From: Myxococcales bacterium | GTDB lineage: Bacteria > Myxococcota_A > UBA9042 | Assembly: GCA_023954815.1 (NCBI GenBank) | Contig: JAGSHB010000003.1 | Coordinates: 8,998 to 72,997, forward strand | Length of the DNA stretch: 64,000 nucleotides | Direction of reading: 5' to 3' | Shown: piece by piece, positions 15,447 to 25,333 of the stretch | How positions within the stretch are numbered: position 1 is the first letter of the stretch | Layout of the letters: every line of letters begins with the position of its first letter | Made by a program: the position numbers and the translations under genes | Notes under the pieces: model-generated | Told to the model about the DNA's origin: nothing | Database searches by the model: none | What the model saw: only the letters and a program-made list of their open reading frames with translations

Positions 15447-17633
15447 TCAGGGCGCTTTGACGACCGCCAGCTCGCCGGCCTTGACCGTGCCGACCTTGGT
15501 CTTCTTGCCGCCGGGCCAGGTCACCACGACCTGCGAGACTTCTGTCGCCTTGCCGAGCCCGAACCGCGCTTGTCGCTGACCGCTGGTGCCAATGCCGACG
15601 TTCCCGATGATCCAGCGACGCTCAGATTTCCCTGCGACAACCCCGTCCACGATGGCGCCAAGGGCGTCGCGATTGCCAGCCTTGCCGATGACTCGCACGA
15701 CCGCCACGTTGCCGACCTTGAGGTCGTTCATCAGTACGTAGAGGTGCAACGCACCCGAGCAGCTGGGCCGGAGCTGGACTAGATCGAGGTCGCCGTCGAG
15801 GTCGAGGTCAGCCACACCGTGCGACAGCGTTCCCCAGTTGCCGCAGCCGTAAGTGGGTCCGCGCAGCGACTTGAACACCCCGACTTTGCCCGTACCGAAC
15901 AACCATAGGTCGGTCGCCGTCATTACCTTGGGCGGAAAACCACAGAACTTCAGCGAAGAGATCGGCTGCGAGCCCCAGTCCATGGCCACGCCCAGCAAGA
16001 TGTCGAGGTGACCGTCTTGATCGAAATCCTCCAGGAGGGGATTCCAACTGCTCGAACTCCAGCTCAGCCCTGTCGCCGGGTGGCCCGCGGGCTGTAGCGC
16101 AAAGGCCGGCGAGCCATCCGCGCTGGTCCCCGCGCGCAACAGGATGCGAGCCGGACCCGCGTCGGCCATCACCAAGTCGAGCCAGCCATCGCCATTGAGG
16201 TCGCCGATCCCCCAGCCCATGGTGTGGCCGTGATCCGCAAATCCAGCGGATTTCCAGGGCACCAGCTTCTTGCCCGTGTTGCGTAACGCCCGTTGACTCC
16301 CAAAATCATCCCCGATCACCACGTCTGCTAGCCCATCCCCATCCAGGTCTGGCGTACTCAGCGAGGTCAGCATCTCGCCGCCGGGCGCGATGTTCCAAGT
16401 CGAGGTCGCATCGACGAATTTTCCAGGCTGGTATTGGATATAGAGCCGGTCCGGCATCGGCTTTTTGGGCGTCTTTCCGGGCTTCATCGAGCACATGAAG
16501 TCCGCGTTGCTGATGGTGCACTGCATCGCATCGCAAGGGGCGCTGGGCAGACCAGAGCCGACGTAGAGATCGAGATCGCCATCGCCGTCGAAGTCCGCTG
16601 GCGCCAAACTCCAGCCGAAGAAGTTGGGCGCACCCGGGAAGGCTTGCGGTGATGGGTAAAATCCGCCCGATCCGTTGTTCAGGTAGAGGAACACGCCGGA
16701 TTGGCCGCCGACGACTAGGTCATCGTCCTTGTCGCCGTCCACATCAAACACTGCGCAACTACCATCGGGAACATGCAGCGTCTCGGCTGCCTTGGTCACG
16801 ACGGTCGTTGGCCCGCCCTTCCGCGACAGCATGCTCACGATCAGCCGCGGCTTGGCCCAGTCCTCCGCGCCGACGACGACGATGTCCAGGTGGTCGTCGC
16901 CATCCAAATAGCCGGACGCTGCGCACATCATGCCTTCTTTGATGTTGAGGAGCCCTTTGGGCAGCTTGGTCAGGGTTGTAAAGCTGACCTGCGGTAGCTT
17001 TGCGATGGGCATCGGTGTGACGGTCGTTGGCCACGACGTGCCGGCCCATGGGTCGGGGAGCCCAACGGCCACTCCGTCCGCTGTCGCGTCGCCTGGCAGC
17101 GGCACGTCCCCGCCCGTCGCGTCGCCCTGGGTCGCATCGCTGCCGTCGCTGTCCATCGCCGCAGCGTCTGCTTGCAGGCCGTCGGACAGCTCCAGGGCGT
17201 CTTCAGCCCCGTCGCTCATGGCCTCGGCGTCGAATTGCCCATCAGTAGCGCCACCATCTGGGTTGCCCGCATCCCCCGATTTGGCGTCTGTGATCCCTAC
17301 GACCACGTCTGAGAGTTCGGCGTCATCCGGCGAAGCGTCCCCGGCATCGGCCGCCCCAGCATCCGTGTCCATTGGCATGACGTCTGGCGTGGTGACCAGC
17401 ACATCGGTTGGCGCTGCATCCGTTGCCGCATCCGTGGTGTCGGCTTCGGCCGCGATGAAGGTGTCGTCGGCCGCGGCGTCGGCGCCTGAGTGGCCGCCAT
17501 CAGCGATGGTTGCACCGGCGTCGCTGGCACCGGCCCCTGCATCTTTGGCGCCGGTTGGACCGGTCGCATCCTGACCGCACGCGCCGATGGCTAGCAGCGC
17601 CGCAGTCACGACAAAAAAGTGGAGCGCCCGCAT
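15447..17633 (-). CDS. FG-GAP/VCBS repeat lipoprotein with C-terminal ASPIC/UnbV domain (CRTAC1-like)
   Basis: Lipoprotein signal MRALHFFVVTAALLAIGACG. Low-complexity D/A/G-rich linker. Repeated DGDGxxD motifs. C-terminal UnbV/ASPIC-like segment LGAIVDGVVAGKSERRWIIGNVGIGTSGQ. Confidence 0.75.
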   Translation of the reverse strand: MRALHFFVVTAALLAIGACGQDATGPTGAKDAGAGASDAGATIADGGHSGADAAADDTFIAAEADTTDAATDAAPTDVLVTTPDVMPMDTDAGAADAGDASPDDAELSDVVVGITDAKSGDAGNPDGGATDGQFDAEAMSDGAEDALELSDGLQADAAAMDSDGSDATQGDATGGDVPLPGDATADGVAVGLPDPWAGTSWPTTVTPMPIAKLPQVSFTTLTKLPKGLLNIKEGMMCAASGYLDGDDHLDIVVVGAEDWAKPRLIVSMLSRKGGPTTVVTKAAETLHVPDGSCAVFDVDGDKDDDLVVGGQSGVFLYLNNGSGGFYPSPQAFPGAPNFFGWSLAPADFDGDGDLDLYVGSGLPSAPCDAMQCTISNADFMCSMKPGKTPKKPMPDRLYIQYQPGKFVDATSTWNIAPGGEMLTSLSTPDLDGDGLADVVIGDDFGSQRALRNTGKKLVPWKSAGFADHGHTMGWGIGDLNGDGWLDLVMADAGPARILLRAGTSADGSPAFALQPAGHPATGLSWSSSSWNPLLEDFDQDGHLDILLGVAMDWGSQPISSLKFCGFPPKVMTATDLWLFGTGKVGVFKSLRGPTYGCGNWGTLSHGVADLDLDGDLDLVQLRPSCSGALHLYVLMNDLKVGNVAVVRVIGKAGNRDALGAIVDGVVAGKSERRWIIGNVGIGTSGQRQARFGLGKATEVSQVVVTWPGGKKTKVGTVKAGELAVVKAP

Positions 17634-17786
17634 TGGATTGTGGGATCGGTAAAAGCGTGTCGGCGCGTCGCTCAAGCTGCTCCTGCCTCTGGCGCCCAAC
17701 TGCAGGCTACGGCAGCGCTTAGTCTGCCATCGCCAGCGCAACCCAGGCAAACCAGGGTCCAACAGTCACGGCTCGTTGGAGGCTGA

Positions 17787-18995
17787 CTATGCGCGTTCAA
17801 ACGGAAAGGCGAGCACCTGCTCAATGTCATCATAACCGCCGATCACCATCAACAATCTGTCGACGCCGAGCGCCACCCCAGCGGCGGGTGGGCAGCCTTC
17901 GGCAAGCGCCCCCAAGAAGCGTTCGTCGACTGGATAGATGGGCAGATCCGCCTCTCGCCGGGCTGCGACGTCCGCCTCAAATCGCTGCCGCTGCTCGGCG
18001 GCATCCACGAGCTCTGTGAAGCCGTTTGCCAGCTCAATGCCCCGAATATAGACCTCAAAGCGCTCAGCCAGCCCTGGATGCTCAGGGTCGCGCCTGGCCA
18101 AAGAGGCCAGGCATTGCGGCCACCGGTCGATCACCACCACGCGGTCTTTCGGTAGGTTGGGCTCGACCCGCTCGACCATCGCCTGCAGCAGGAGATCGGC
18201 CTCATCATCTCCGTCTCGCGCCCCCAAACCAGCTGCGACGGCCCGTGCATGCAACGTCGGAAGATCAGCATCCCGGATGTCGAATCCCGCCCATCGCCCC
18301 AGGGCTTCCGCGAACGTGAGGCGCAACGTCGGTTCGCTCGCAAACGGCGCGCATGGGGATTGGCCACGGCTGGTGCGCACGGCATCGACCGCCTGAGTAC
18401 ACAGCGGCAACAAGGCCAAGATGTCTTCGACGATAGCCGGGTAGCGCTCGTCGGTCCGGTACCACTCCAACATGGCGAATTCGGGGTTGTGCCAGACTCC
18501 GCGCTCACCGGACCGGAAGGCTTTGCCGAGCGAAAAGATCCGGTCGAATCCAGCCGCGATCAGCCGCTTCATGTGAAATTCAGGGCTTGTCGAGAGCCAA
18601 CGCTCCGTCATCTTCCCGCCCATCCCTTCACGGACACTGGCGGAGACGGCATCGAGATGAAGCTCGAGCCCCGGACACGTCGCCATGACGGGCGCGTCGA
18701 TCTCCGTGAAGCCCTGGTTGTGAAAGTAGTCCCGAATCGCGCGCAGCAGCGCCGCACGTTCGAGCACGGCTCGGTAGCGCAGCCCCTGATCAGCCGACAG
18801 GCGCGCCAAGTCCCCACCCGCGCTCGGCGGTCGTTGCGGACGAACCACCAGCGTCAACCCGTCAGGCGACAGGCGAATGATATCGCCGGCCTGCAAGTCG
18901 TCGGAGCTCGGATGATCGAAGACACGGCCGGCGATCCACAGCCGTGCGAGCCCTTGGCCAACCGCAAGTACGCGGGCGAGGGTGCCGTCGGTCAA
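17787..18995 (-). CDS. epmA: EF-P lysine aminoacylase EpmA (GenX/PoxA)-like class II lysyl-tRNA synthetase paralog with a ~70-aa N-terminal extension
   Basis: Class II aaRS catalytic core without an anticodon-binding domain. Colinear with E. coli EpmA (SPEFHMKRL, HNPEFAMLEWY, ERFEVYIRGIELANGF, GVALGVDRLLM). Confidence 0.7.
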   Translation of the reverse strand: MTDGTLARVLAVGQGLARLWIAGRVFDHPSSDDLQAGDIIRLSPDGLTLVVRPQRPPSAGGDLARLSADQGLRYRAVLERAALLRAIRDYFHNQGFTEIDAPVMATCPGLELHLDAVSASVREGMGGKMTERWLSTSPEFHMKRLIAAGFDRIFSLGKAFRSGERGVWHNPEFAMLEWYRTDERYPAIVEDILALLPLCTQAVDAVRTSRGQSPCAPFASEPTLRLTFAEALGRWAGFDIRDADLPTLHARAVAAGLGARDGDDEADLLLQAMVERVEPNLPKDRVVVIDRWPQCLASLARRDPEHPGLAERFEVYIRGIELANGFTELVDAAEQRQRFEADVAARREADLPIYPVDERFLGALAEGCPPAAGVALGVDRLLMVIGGYDDIEQVLAFPFERA

Positions 18996-19001
18996 GACAG
19001 C

Positions 19002-19625
19002 CTACTGCACGAGCAGGGTGCTGCTGCGATCGATGGGTTTGCGATCGATCGCGGCGCGGACCAGCTCCCAAACGGCGGGGCGCTTGGCCACAAAGGTACC
19101 GTCAGCACGCTCGGAGCCTTGCAAGACGATGAGGCGCGACACGTCCGACTCTCCACCAGTCGCGGGTGCGGTCCCCACGGGTTTGCCCACCACGCGAATC
19201 ACATTCGAGCCACGGTGCAACGCACCGGTCAGGTCCACCGTAAAGGGGCCGGTGCTGAGCGCGATTTCCCGAAACTTCTTGTTGTTCACAAAGATCGTGA
19301 ACGTGAAGGAGACCTTCGGGTTGGGGCGGTACAGCAACACGTACCTCGACGTCGGCTTGGCCGCCTTGGCTTTCACGTTGCCGAAATCAGACGATCCGGT
19401 CACGCGAATCGGCTTGCCCGCCTTGTCCGTGATGACACGGTAGCCGGGGGAGATCACGTGCAGGTTGCCCAGCGCATCAAATTTGACGGAGCAATTTTGC
19501 AGGTTGACCCCTTTCAATCCGGTCGCTTTGACACCGTTGACGTAGACGTCGATGGCGTGGGCGTGGGATGTGGTCAGTGATGCTGCGGCGAGCGCGGCTG
19601 TGAACAATAGGCTTGAGAGTCGCAT
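19002..19625 (-). CDS. Secreted hypothetical protein
   Basis: Signal peptide MRLSSLLFTAALAAASLTTSHAHA. RBS GGAGG 7 nt upstream. Lies 6 nt downstream of the epmA-like stop. Confidence 0.55.
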   Translation of the reverse strand: MRLSSLLFTAALAAASLTTSHAHAIDVYVNGVKATGLKGVNLQNCSVKFDALGNLHVISPGYRVITDKAGKPIRVTGSSDFGNVKAKAAKPTSRYVLLYRPNPKVSFTFTIFVNNKKFREIALSTGPFTVDLTGALHRGSNVIRVVGKPVGTAPATGGESDVSRLIVLQGSERADGTFVAKRPAVWELVRAAIDRKPIDRSSTLLVQ

Positions 19626-19828
19626 GGGTCTGCCTCCAACTGCGATGCGCGACTTTGACGCACGGCTACTGGGCTGCAACGCACACCGGTGCCGTTACAT
19701 TCGCATGAGCGTGCCATGTCGTCGCCAGTGGGCCAGAAATCAGCCCAAAAACAGCCTGCACACTGATTCTCTGGGCGATCTAGCTTTGAAATGACGTCTG
19801 CTCGGAGTGGAGAACTGCGGCTGAGGGC

Positions 19829-20590
19829 TCAGGGCGCGTGGGGATCGCCGATGGGCGCACATTGCTCCTCGTGGATGGTGCACACCTTGGGCGTGCCCTG
19901 GGCGCTGTTGAACGCCTTGATGTAGCACTTCTTCTTGTCTTCGATCTCGTCGTTGACCACCCCCGACGGCGTCATTTCTTGAAAGCAACGCCAGCGGCAG
20001 CAGTCGAGCTTCTCTTTGCTTGTCTGCCAGAGTTGGCAGGTCTTAAGGAAGTTGCAGTACGCCTTACAGACCTGCTTGGCATTGGTGTACTTCGGGTCGG
20101 TGACCTTGCTCTCCCAATCACAGATGACCGGATCGATGACGACTTGGCCGTGGCTGTCCGGCGATTGGCACACTTTGGTCGGCAGGGCGGGATACAGATC
20201 CGTGTTCTTCCACGCTGGCTTGGTGCATTTTTGCCACTGTGACCAGTTGCTCTTGCAGGTGTCCGTGTTGTTGCAGATAGGCGCGCAGAAGGTCTTCAGC
20301 TCGCCTTTGAAGTCACTGGGTACCGTGACGCACAAGCCAGCGGTGGCGCCGAGATCAGCAGTGTCACAGTAGTCACCCGGGTTCGTACAGGCCTTGGTGC
20401 ACCAAGGCCGCGGCGCCCAATCGCCATCGGCACAAGCGAGTCCAGCAGCGCACTCCCCCTCTTCACAAGCCTGCCCAAAGCCGGGGAGTACCGGCGCTCG
20501 CGCACCTGCGTTTGCATCTCCCCCACCTTCACTGCCGCACGCGCTCAACAGGAGCGCTCCGACCAACAAGACTCGCGTTGGGTAGCTCAA
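19829..20590 (-). CDS. Cys-rich secreted lipoprotein (probable TTG start)
   Basis: Frame carries GGAGG, 5 nt, then TTG, followed by the lipobox LLVGALLLSAC. Mature region contains about 30 cysteines. The ORF track's upstream extension is antisense to the USP gene region. Confidence 0.5.
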   Translation of the reverse strand: MSYPTRVLLVGALLLSACGSEGGGDANAGARAPVLPGFGQACEEGECAAGLACADGDWAPRPWCTKACTNPGDYCDTADLGATAGLCVTVPSDFKGELKTFCAPICNNTDTCKSNWSQWQKCTKPAWKNTDLYPALPTKVCQSPDSHGQVVIDPVICDWESKVTDPKYTNAKQVCKAYCNFLKTCQLWQTSKEKLDCCRWRCFQEMTPSGVVNDEIEDKKKCYIKAFNSAQGTPKVCTIHEEQCAPIGDPHAP

Positions 20591-20815
20591 TATGACCTCC
20601 TGGCAGGTACGTGCACCCTCGTGGCGCGTCCGCCTCACCAGAGCCTGCCCGCTTCGCAGCTCCGCGTCGACCCGCATTGGCGGAGCCGGATGAGTGCGGA
20701 TCGGGCGATTTTTAGGGCCGAAAGCGCTCGTTTGACGGATCGCCCCTCGCCCGGTGGCAACGCCCCACAGCACCGTGCTAGCTTTCTGGCGCGCCACGTT
20801 TCCTCGGAGCTCCCC

Positions 20816-21727
20816 ATGTTTGATCGCATCCTCCTGCTCACCGACCTCGACGACAATCCAGAACTGACCGCTGGTCCGGTCGCGGCGCTGTCCGAAGTGT
20901 TCTCGTGCAAGGTCATTATTTTCCACGCACTGCGGGGTTCAAGCGACCTGTTCTACCTACAGGGAGACGCCGATCAGGTGCGCAAGTTGCTCGACAAGAA
21001 GGCCGAGGATGAGGCCCGACCCGCCCTGGAAAAGTTGGCAGACGAACTCGAAAGTCGCGGCGTCAACACCGGTATTGTGACGCAGGTTGGGTCGGCTTTT
21101 GATCTCGCCTTGCGCGCCGTAAAGGATCTCGACATCGATCTGGTGGTGATTCCGCAAGAGGGTTTCGCTGACTTCACCGACCGGGTCAGTGGCTCGACGA
21201 CTGCAAGGCTGATTCGCGAAAGCGCCGTACCTGTGCTGACGATCAACCACGCGTTCTTGGATCGCTCCGACAAATGGAAGGGGTTTCACCGCATTCTCTA
21301 CCCGACCTCGCTATCAGGCGGGAAGAGTCGTCGTCTGAGTGATGCGGAGGATTTCGCAGCGGAGATCGGCGGCACGTTGGAGCTCGTCCACGTCATCGAT
21401 CCCATTCATGAGCAGGTCCTCGAGACGCCCGAGGGCGAGGTCATTCTGCCCAAGGACATCAACTATCGCGTTCGGAGTCGCCTTGAGGAGCGCCTGAGCG
21501 CCTTGGCGCACTCGGTGACTCAGGTGCCATGCATGTGGCGCCTGCTCGAAGATACCAAGCCCGGCTCAGGAGTGATGGCCTATGCCGATCGCAGCAACGC
21601 CGACCTGATCGTGGTGCCGCCGCTTGCGACCGGTGACACGCGCCACACCCTCCTCGGGAGCGTCGCCGAGCACGTGATCAAGCACGCCCGTGTGCCGGTC
21701 ATGTCCCTGAAGCCCGAGAAGTCGTGA
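20816..21727 (+). CDS. Tandem universal stress protein (UspA) domain protein
   Basis: Two USP domains (MFDRILLLTD...VIPQEG...; ILYPTS...VVPPLATGDTRHTLLGSVAEHVIKHARVPVM). Confidence 0.8.
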   Translation: MFDRILLLTDLDDNPELTAGPVAALSEVFSCKVIIFHALRGSSDLFYLQGDADQVRKLLDKKAEDEARPALEKLADELESRGVNTGIVTQVGSAFDLALRAVKDLDIDLVVIPQEGFADFTDRVSGSTTARLIRESAVPVLTINHAFLDRSDKWKGFHRILYPTSLSGGKSRRLSDAEDFAAEIGGTLELVHVIDPIHEQVLETPEGEVILPKDINYRVRSRLEERLSALAHSVTQVPCMWRLLEDTKPGSGVMAYADRSNADLIVVPPLATGDTRHTLLGSVAEHVIKHARVPVMSLKPEKS

Positions 21728-23058
21728 CGTCCGAATCTTTCGCGCCGGAGCTCTTTGCGGCGACGGACGCCCCCCTCGCTGAGCGCATGCGTCCGCGCAC
21801 ATTGGACGAGGTCCTCGGTCAGTCGGCGTTGGCCGCTCCCGGAGGATTCCTAAATCGCGCGTTGGCCAGCGACCGGCTGCCGTCCATCATTTTGTGGGGA
21901 CCACCAGGCACAGGCAAGACCACCCTGGCGCGGCTACTTGCCCGCGGAAGAGCCCGTTTTGTGGGCTTATCGGCCGTTCTCAGCGGCGTCGCGCAAGTGC
22001 GCACGGTCGTGCAGGAAGCCCAGGCTGCCCGGCAGCGCGGTCACAAAACAGTGCTGTTTGTCGACGAGATCCACCGCTTCAATAAGGGCCAACAAGACGC
22101 GTTCTTGCCCCACGTGGAAGCAGGGACCATCACCCTTGTCGGCGCCACCACCGAGAATCCAGCCTTCAGCCTCAACAGCGCCCTCCTGAGCCGGTGTGCC
22201 GTTTTGGTTTTAGAGCCGCTCAGTGATGACCACCTCGTCGAACTCTTGAGCCGGGCGCTATCGGATCGTCGCGGATATGGCGGCACCGGCTTGCTCGCTG
22301 ATGATGATGCGCTGGGGCGCATCGCCCGCGAGGCCGATGGCGACGCCCGCCGCGCGCTGACACAGCTGGCCGCCATCGCCGATCCCCTTCTCGACGATGC
22401 GAACCAAGATCCGACCCTGACCCCGACCATCACGCTGGCACATCTCGATCACGTAGCGAGTCACGGCGGGCCTCGCTACGACCGCGGTGGCGACACCTAC
22501 TTTCAGTTGATGAGCGCGCTGATCAAATCCATGCGCGGCTCCGATCCTGATGCGGCTCTGTATTGGCTCGCTCGCATGCTCGATGCCGGCGAGGATGGTC
22601 GGGTGATCTCTCGGCGGTTGGTGGTCTTTGCCGCCGAGGATGTGGGCAACGCCGATCCGCGTGCGCTGCCCCTGAGCGTGGCCGCTGCGCAAGCCCATGA
22701 GCTTGTCGGTCTACCCGAGAGTCGCATCTCGATCGCCCAAGCCGTGACCTTTCTTGCGACGGCTCCAAAGAGCAACGCGAGCTACAAGGCCCTAGGGCAG
22801 GCCATTGAAGCCGTCAGGGCCCATGGGTCCCTCCCGGTGCCGCTACGGCTGCGAAACGCCAGCACAGCGCTCGCGCGGCAGTTGGGCCACGGAAAAGGCT
22901 ACCGCTATCCCCACAACGAGGGCGGGTTCATAGCTGAGAGCTACCTGCCGGATGCCCTCGAGGGGGCCCAGTTCTACAAGCCGACTCAAAATGGCTACGA
23001 GGCCCGCATCGCTGAGCGTTTGCGCACGTGGCGAGAGCTGCGAGAGACCGACGGGTAG
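21724..23058 (+). CDS. rarA: Replication-associated recombination protein A (RarA/MgsA AAA+ ATPase)
   Basis: Walker A GPPGTGKTT. Motifs LFVDEIHRFNK and TTENP. GTG start overlaps the USP stop (GTGA). Confidence 0.85.
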   Translation: MTSESFAPELFAATDAPLAERMRPRTLDEVLGQSALAAPGGFLNRALASDRLPSIILWGPPGTGKTTLARLLARGRARFVGLSAVLSGVAQVRTVVQEAQAARQRGHKTVLFVDEIHRFNKGQQDAFLPHVEAGTITLVGATTENPAFSLNSALLSRCAVLVLEPLSDDHLVELLSRALSDRRGYGGTGLLADDDALGRIAREADGDARRALTQLAAIADPLLDDANQDPTLTPTITLAHLDHVASHGGPRYDRGGDTYFQLMSALIKSMRGSDPDAALYWLARMLDAGEDGRVISRRLVVFAAEDVGNADPRALPLSVAAAQAHELVGLPESRISIAQAVTFLATAPKSNASYKALGQAIEAVRAHGSLPVPLRLRNASTALARQLGHGKGYRYPHNEGGFIAESYLPDALEGAQFYKPTQNGYEARIAERLRTWRELRETDG

Positions 23059-23234
23059 CAGCGGCTCACCTGCGGACACCGCGCGTCACAGTCTCACGCG
23101 TCGTGGTCAATCGCTGCACTCGCGTTGGTGGTTGGAATAAGGTCGCGGCGTCGCGCGCTTTGGGAAGTGCTTATTGTAAGGGCTTGTCTTGTCCTGGTTT
23201 TTCGGTCAATGGTGCGTCCCCTTGACCCCCTAGT

Positions 23235-23260
23235 GGGGCGCTCCTACGCTACGGCGCCCC
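23235..23260 (+). promoter_or_regulatory. GC-rich hairpin in the rarA/dsbA-fusion intergenic region (possible terminator or regulatory stem-loop)
   Basis: 7-bp stem ggggcgc / gcgcccc with a 12-nt loop. No immediate U-tract; a TTTTT run lies ~25 nt downstream. Confidence 0.3.
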
Positions 23261-23296
23261 ACGCGCTACAGCGTATGCAATTTTTGGAGTTCGTTC

Positions 23297-25333
23297 ATGG
23301 ATAGCTCGTTTTGCCGCCGGAATACTCGCGCGGCCATCGCCATCGCCTGCGCTGTCGCCATGCTGACGGTCGGCTGTGGTCCGAAAGAGACCGAGACCAC
23401 CGGCAAAGGCAAGGCCACCAAGGGCGCCAAGAGCGCGGGGTTGGACCGGGCCCAGCTCGGCGCAGAGAAGCCATCGGTCGATATCATCGCATTTGTTGGT
23501 TTCCAGTGTGCGCACTGCAAAAAGAGCGCGGATGCGCTGTTGCAGCTCGCCACGACCCACTCGAAGGACGTGCGCCTGCGCATCGTGAACCTGCCGCTCG
23601 ACGTGCACGCCGATAGCGTCGCCCTGGCCAAAGGGTTCGTGGCAGCCCGTATGCAGGGTAAGTGGCAGGCGTACTACAAGCACATCTTTAGCCTCCCGAA
23701 GGCCACGGCGGACGACGTCGTGAAATGGGCCGCTGGCGCCGGAATCGATGCAGCGAAGTTCAAGAAGGACTTGGCGAGCAAAGCCGTCGCGGACGAGGTC
23801 GGCGTCGACGCGGGCATCGCTGGTGCGCTGGGTGTCGCTGGCACGCCGAGCTACTTGGTCAACGGTGCACTGCTGCAGGGGGCACGCGCCGCCGAAGAGT
23901 GGAAGAGCATCATCGACGGTCAGAAGGCGCTCGCCGCCAAGAAGACCAAGGATGGCGTCAAAGCGGCTGACCTCATGCGGACGCTCGCCAAGGCCAACAG
24001 CCCCAAGCGCGCCCCGCACTACGCGCGCATCGTCCTGAAGGGCGAGCTACCGGCAGCGGCAACGGTTCCGGTGAAGACGAAGAAGCGCAAAAGTGGCGTG
24101 GTTGCGGCTAAATTGCTGCCAGCTGGCGGCAGCGGCGGCGGTACAGTTCAACTCGGCGGAGCTGCCGCGAAGGACACCGGCATCGATCGCAACACCGTAT
24201 GGCGCGTGATCGTTCGCCCGGACGATCCCGTTCGCGGCGCCAAGGATGCCCCCCTGACCGTCGTCGTGTTCAGCGACTACGAGTGCAAGTTCAGCAAGCA
24301 GCTCCAGCCTACGTTGAAGGCCCTTGAGGGCGAGTTTGGTAAGGATTTGCGCATCGTTCACAAGCACAACCCGCTGCCCTTCCATCAGCGCGCCATGGCC
24401 GCGGCTGAAGCGGCAGAGGCTGCTCGCGCACAGGGGCAGTTCTGGAAGATGCACGACGCGCTGTTCGCGGCCGCACCCGCGCTGCAGGACACGGACCTGA
24501 GCAAGCTCGCCGCCGACATCAAGTTGGACAAAGCTGGCTACGACAATGCGATGAGCGCGCACGGCGCCCAGCGTCGAGTTCGGTCTGACGTTGAGCAGGC
24601 CGCTGCCGTTGGTGCGCGGGGTACGCCTAACTTGTTCATCAACGGTATGAAGGTGGTGGGCGCCAAGACCAAGGCTGACTTGATGCCGCTCATGCGGAGC
24701 CAGCTTGCGGCCGCAAAGAAGATGATCGCTGGCGGCACCCCCGCCGCGACGGTCTACGACAAGATCGTGGGGCAGGGCCGCCTACTCAGCAGCCTATCGG
24801 CCAAGGCGGCGACCATCGCGACCCTCGGCGCCGCGACCCGTGGCCCCAAGGGCGCCGCGATTCACATCGTCGCGTTTGAGGATTTTCAGTGCCCCTTCTG
24901 TGCGCGCCTGGATCAGCACATCGCGGCTATGGAGCGCGAGTTTGACGGCCGTGTGAAGGTCACCTGGATGGACTTCCCGCTGAGCAAGATTCATCCGCAA
25001 GCGCAGATGGCGGCTGAGGCCGGCAAAGAGGCCTTGGCCCAGGGCAAGTTCTGGCAGTTCCACGCCGCAGTCATGGCTGATCAGCACGACCTGACGGAGC
25101 CCGGGTTGCTGATTCTCGCGAAGAAGGCCGGTGTCGACACCAAGAAGTTGCGCGCCGCATTGAAGAGCCACAAGTGGGCGGCGGACGTCGCCAAGGAGCG
25201 CGCGGAGGGGCAGAAGCTGGCACTGAAGGGCACGCCAAGCGTGTTCATCAATGGCTACGCGTTCACGCCGCAGCTCGGCTTCTCGGCCAATACGTTCCGT
25301 TCGGCGATTGTGCGCCTGCTCGGTGCGCGCTAG
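23297..25333 (+). CDS. Lipoprotein with three tandem DsbA-like thioredoxin domains
   Basis: Lipobox AIACAVAMLTVGCG. Motifs CAHC, CKFS (degenerate) and CPFC, each followed by a DsbA-like helical insert. Confidence 0.8.
   Translation: MDSSFCRRNTRAAIAIACAVAMLTVGCGPKETETTGKGKATKGAKSAGLDRAQLGAEKPSVDIIAFVGFQCAHCKKSADALLQLATTHSKDVRLRIVNLPLDVHADSVALAKGFVAARMQGKWQAYYKHIFSLPKATADDVVKWAAGAGIDAAKFKKDLASKAVADEVGVDAGIAGALGVAGTPSYLVNGALLQGARAAEEWKSIIDGQKALAAKKTKDGVKAADLMRTLAKANSPKRAPHYARIVLKGELPAAATVPVKTKKRKSGVVAAKLLPAGGSGGGTVQLGGAAAKDTGIDRNTVWRVIVRPDDPVRGAKDAPLTVVVFSDYECKFSKQLQPTLKALEGEFGKDLRIVHKHNPLPFHQRAMAAAEAAEAARAQGQFWKMHDALFAAAPALQDTDLSKLAADIKLDKAGYDNAMSAHGAQRRVRSDVEQAAAVGARGTPNLFINGMKVVGAKTKADLMPLMRSQLAAAKKMIAGGTPAATVYDKIVGQGRLLSSLSAKAATIATLGAATRGPKGAAIHIVAFEDFQCPFCARLDQHIAAMEREFDGRVKVTWMDFPLSKIHPQAQMAAEAGKEALAQGKFWQFHAAVMADQHDLTEPGLLILAKKAGVDTKKLRAALKSHKWAADVAKERAEGQKLALKGTPSVFINGYAFTPQLGFSANTFRSAIVRLLGAR

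Noticed and set aside
18249-19580. 443-aa plus-strand ORF overlapping the epmA-like and secreted-protein genes
   Set aside because: It is antisense to two minus-strand genes with strong homology and signal-peptide evidence. Its translation is Arg/Gly/Ala-rich with no domain.
20621-20815. 65-codon N-terminal extension of the USP gene starting at a GTG
   Set aside because: The USP domain begins exactly at the internal ATG (MFDRILLLTD) behind GGAG. The extension is Arg/Pro/Ser-rich and overlaps the divergent lipoprotein's promoter/start region.
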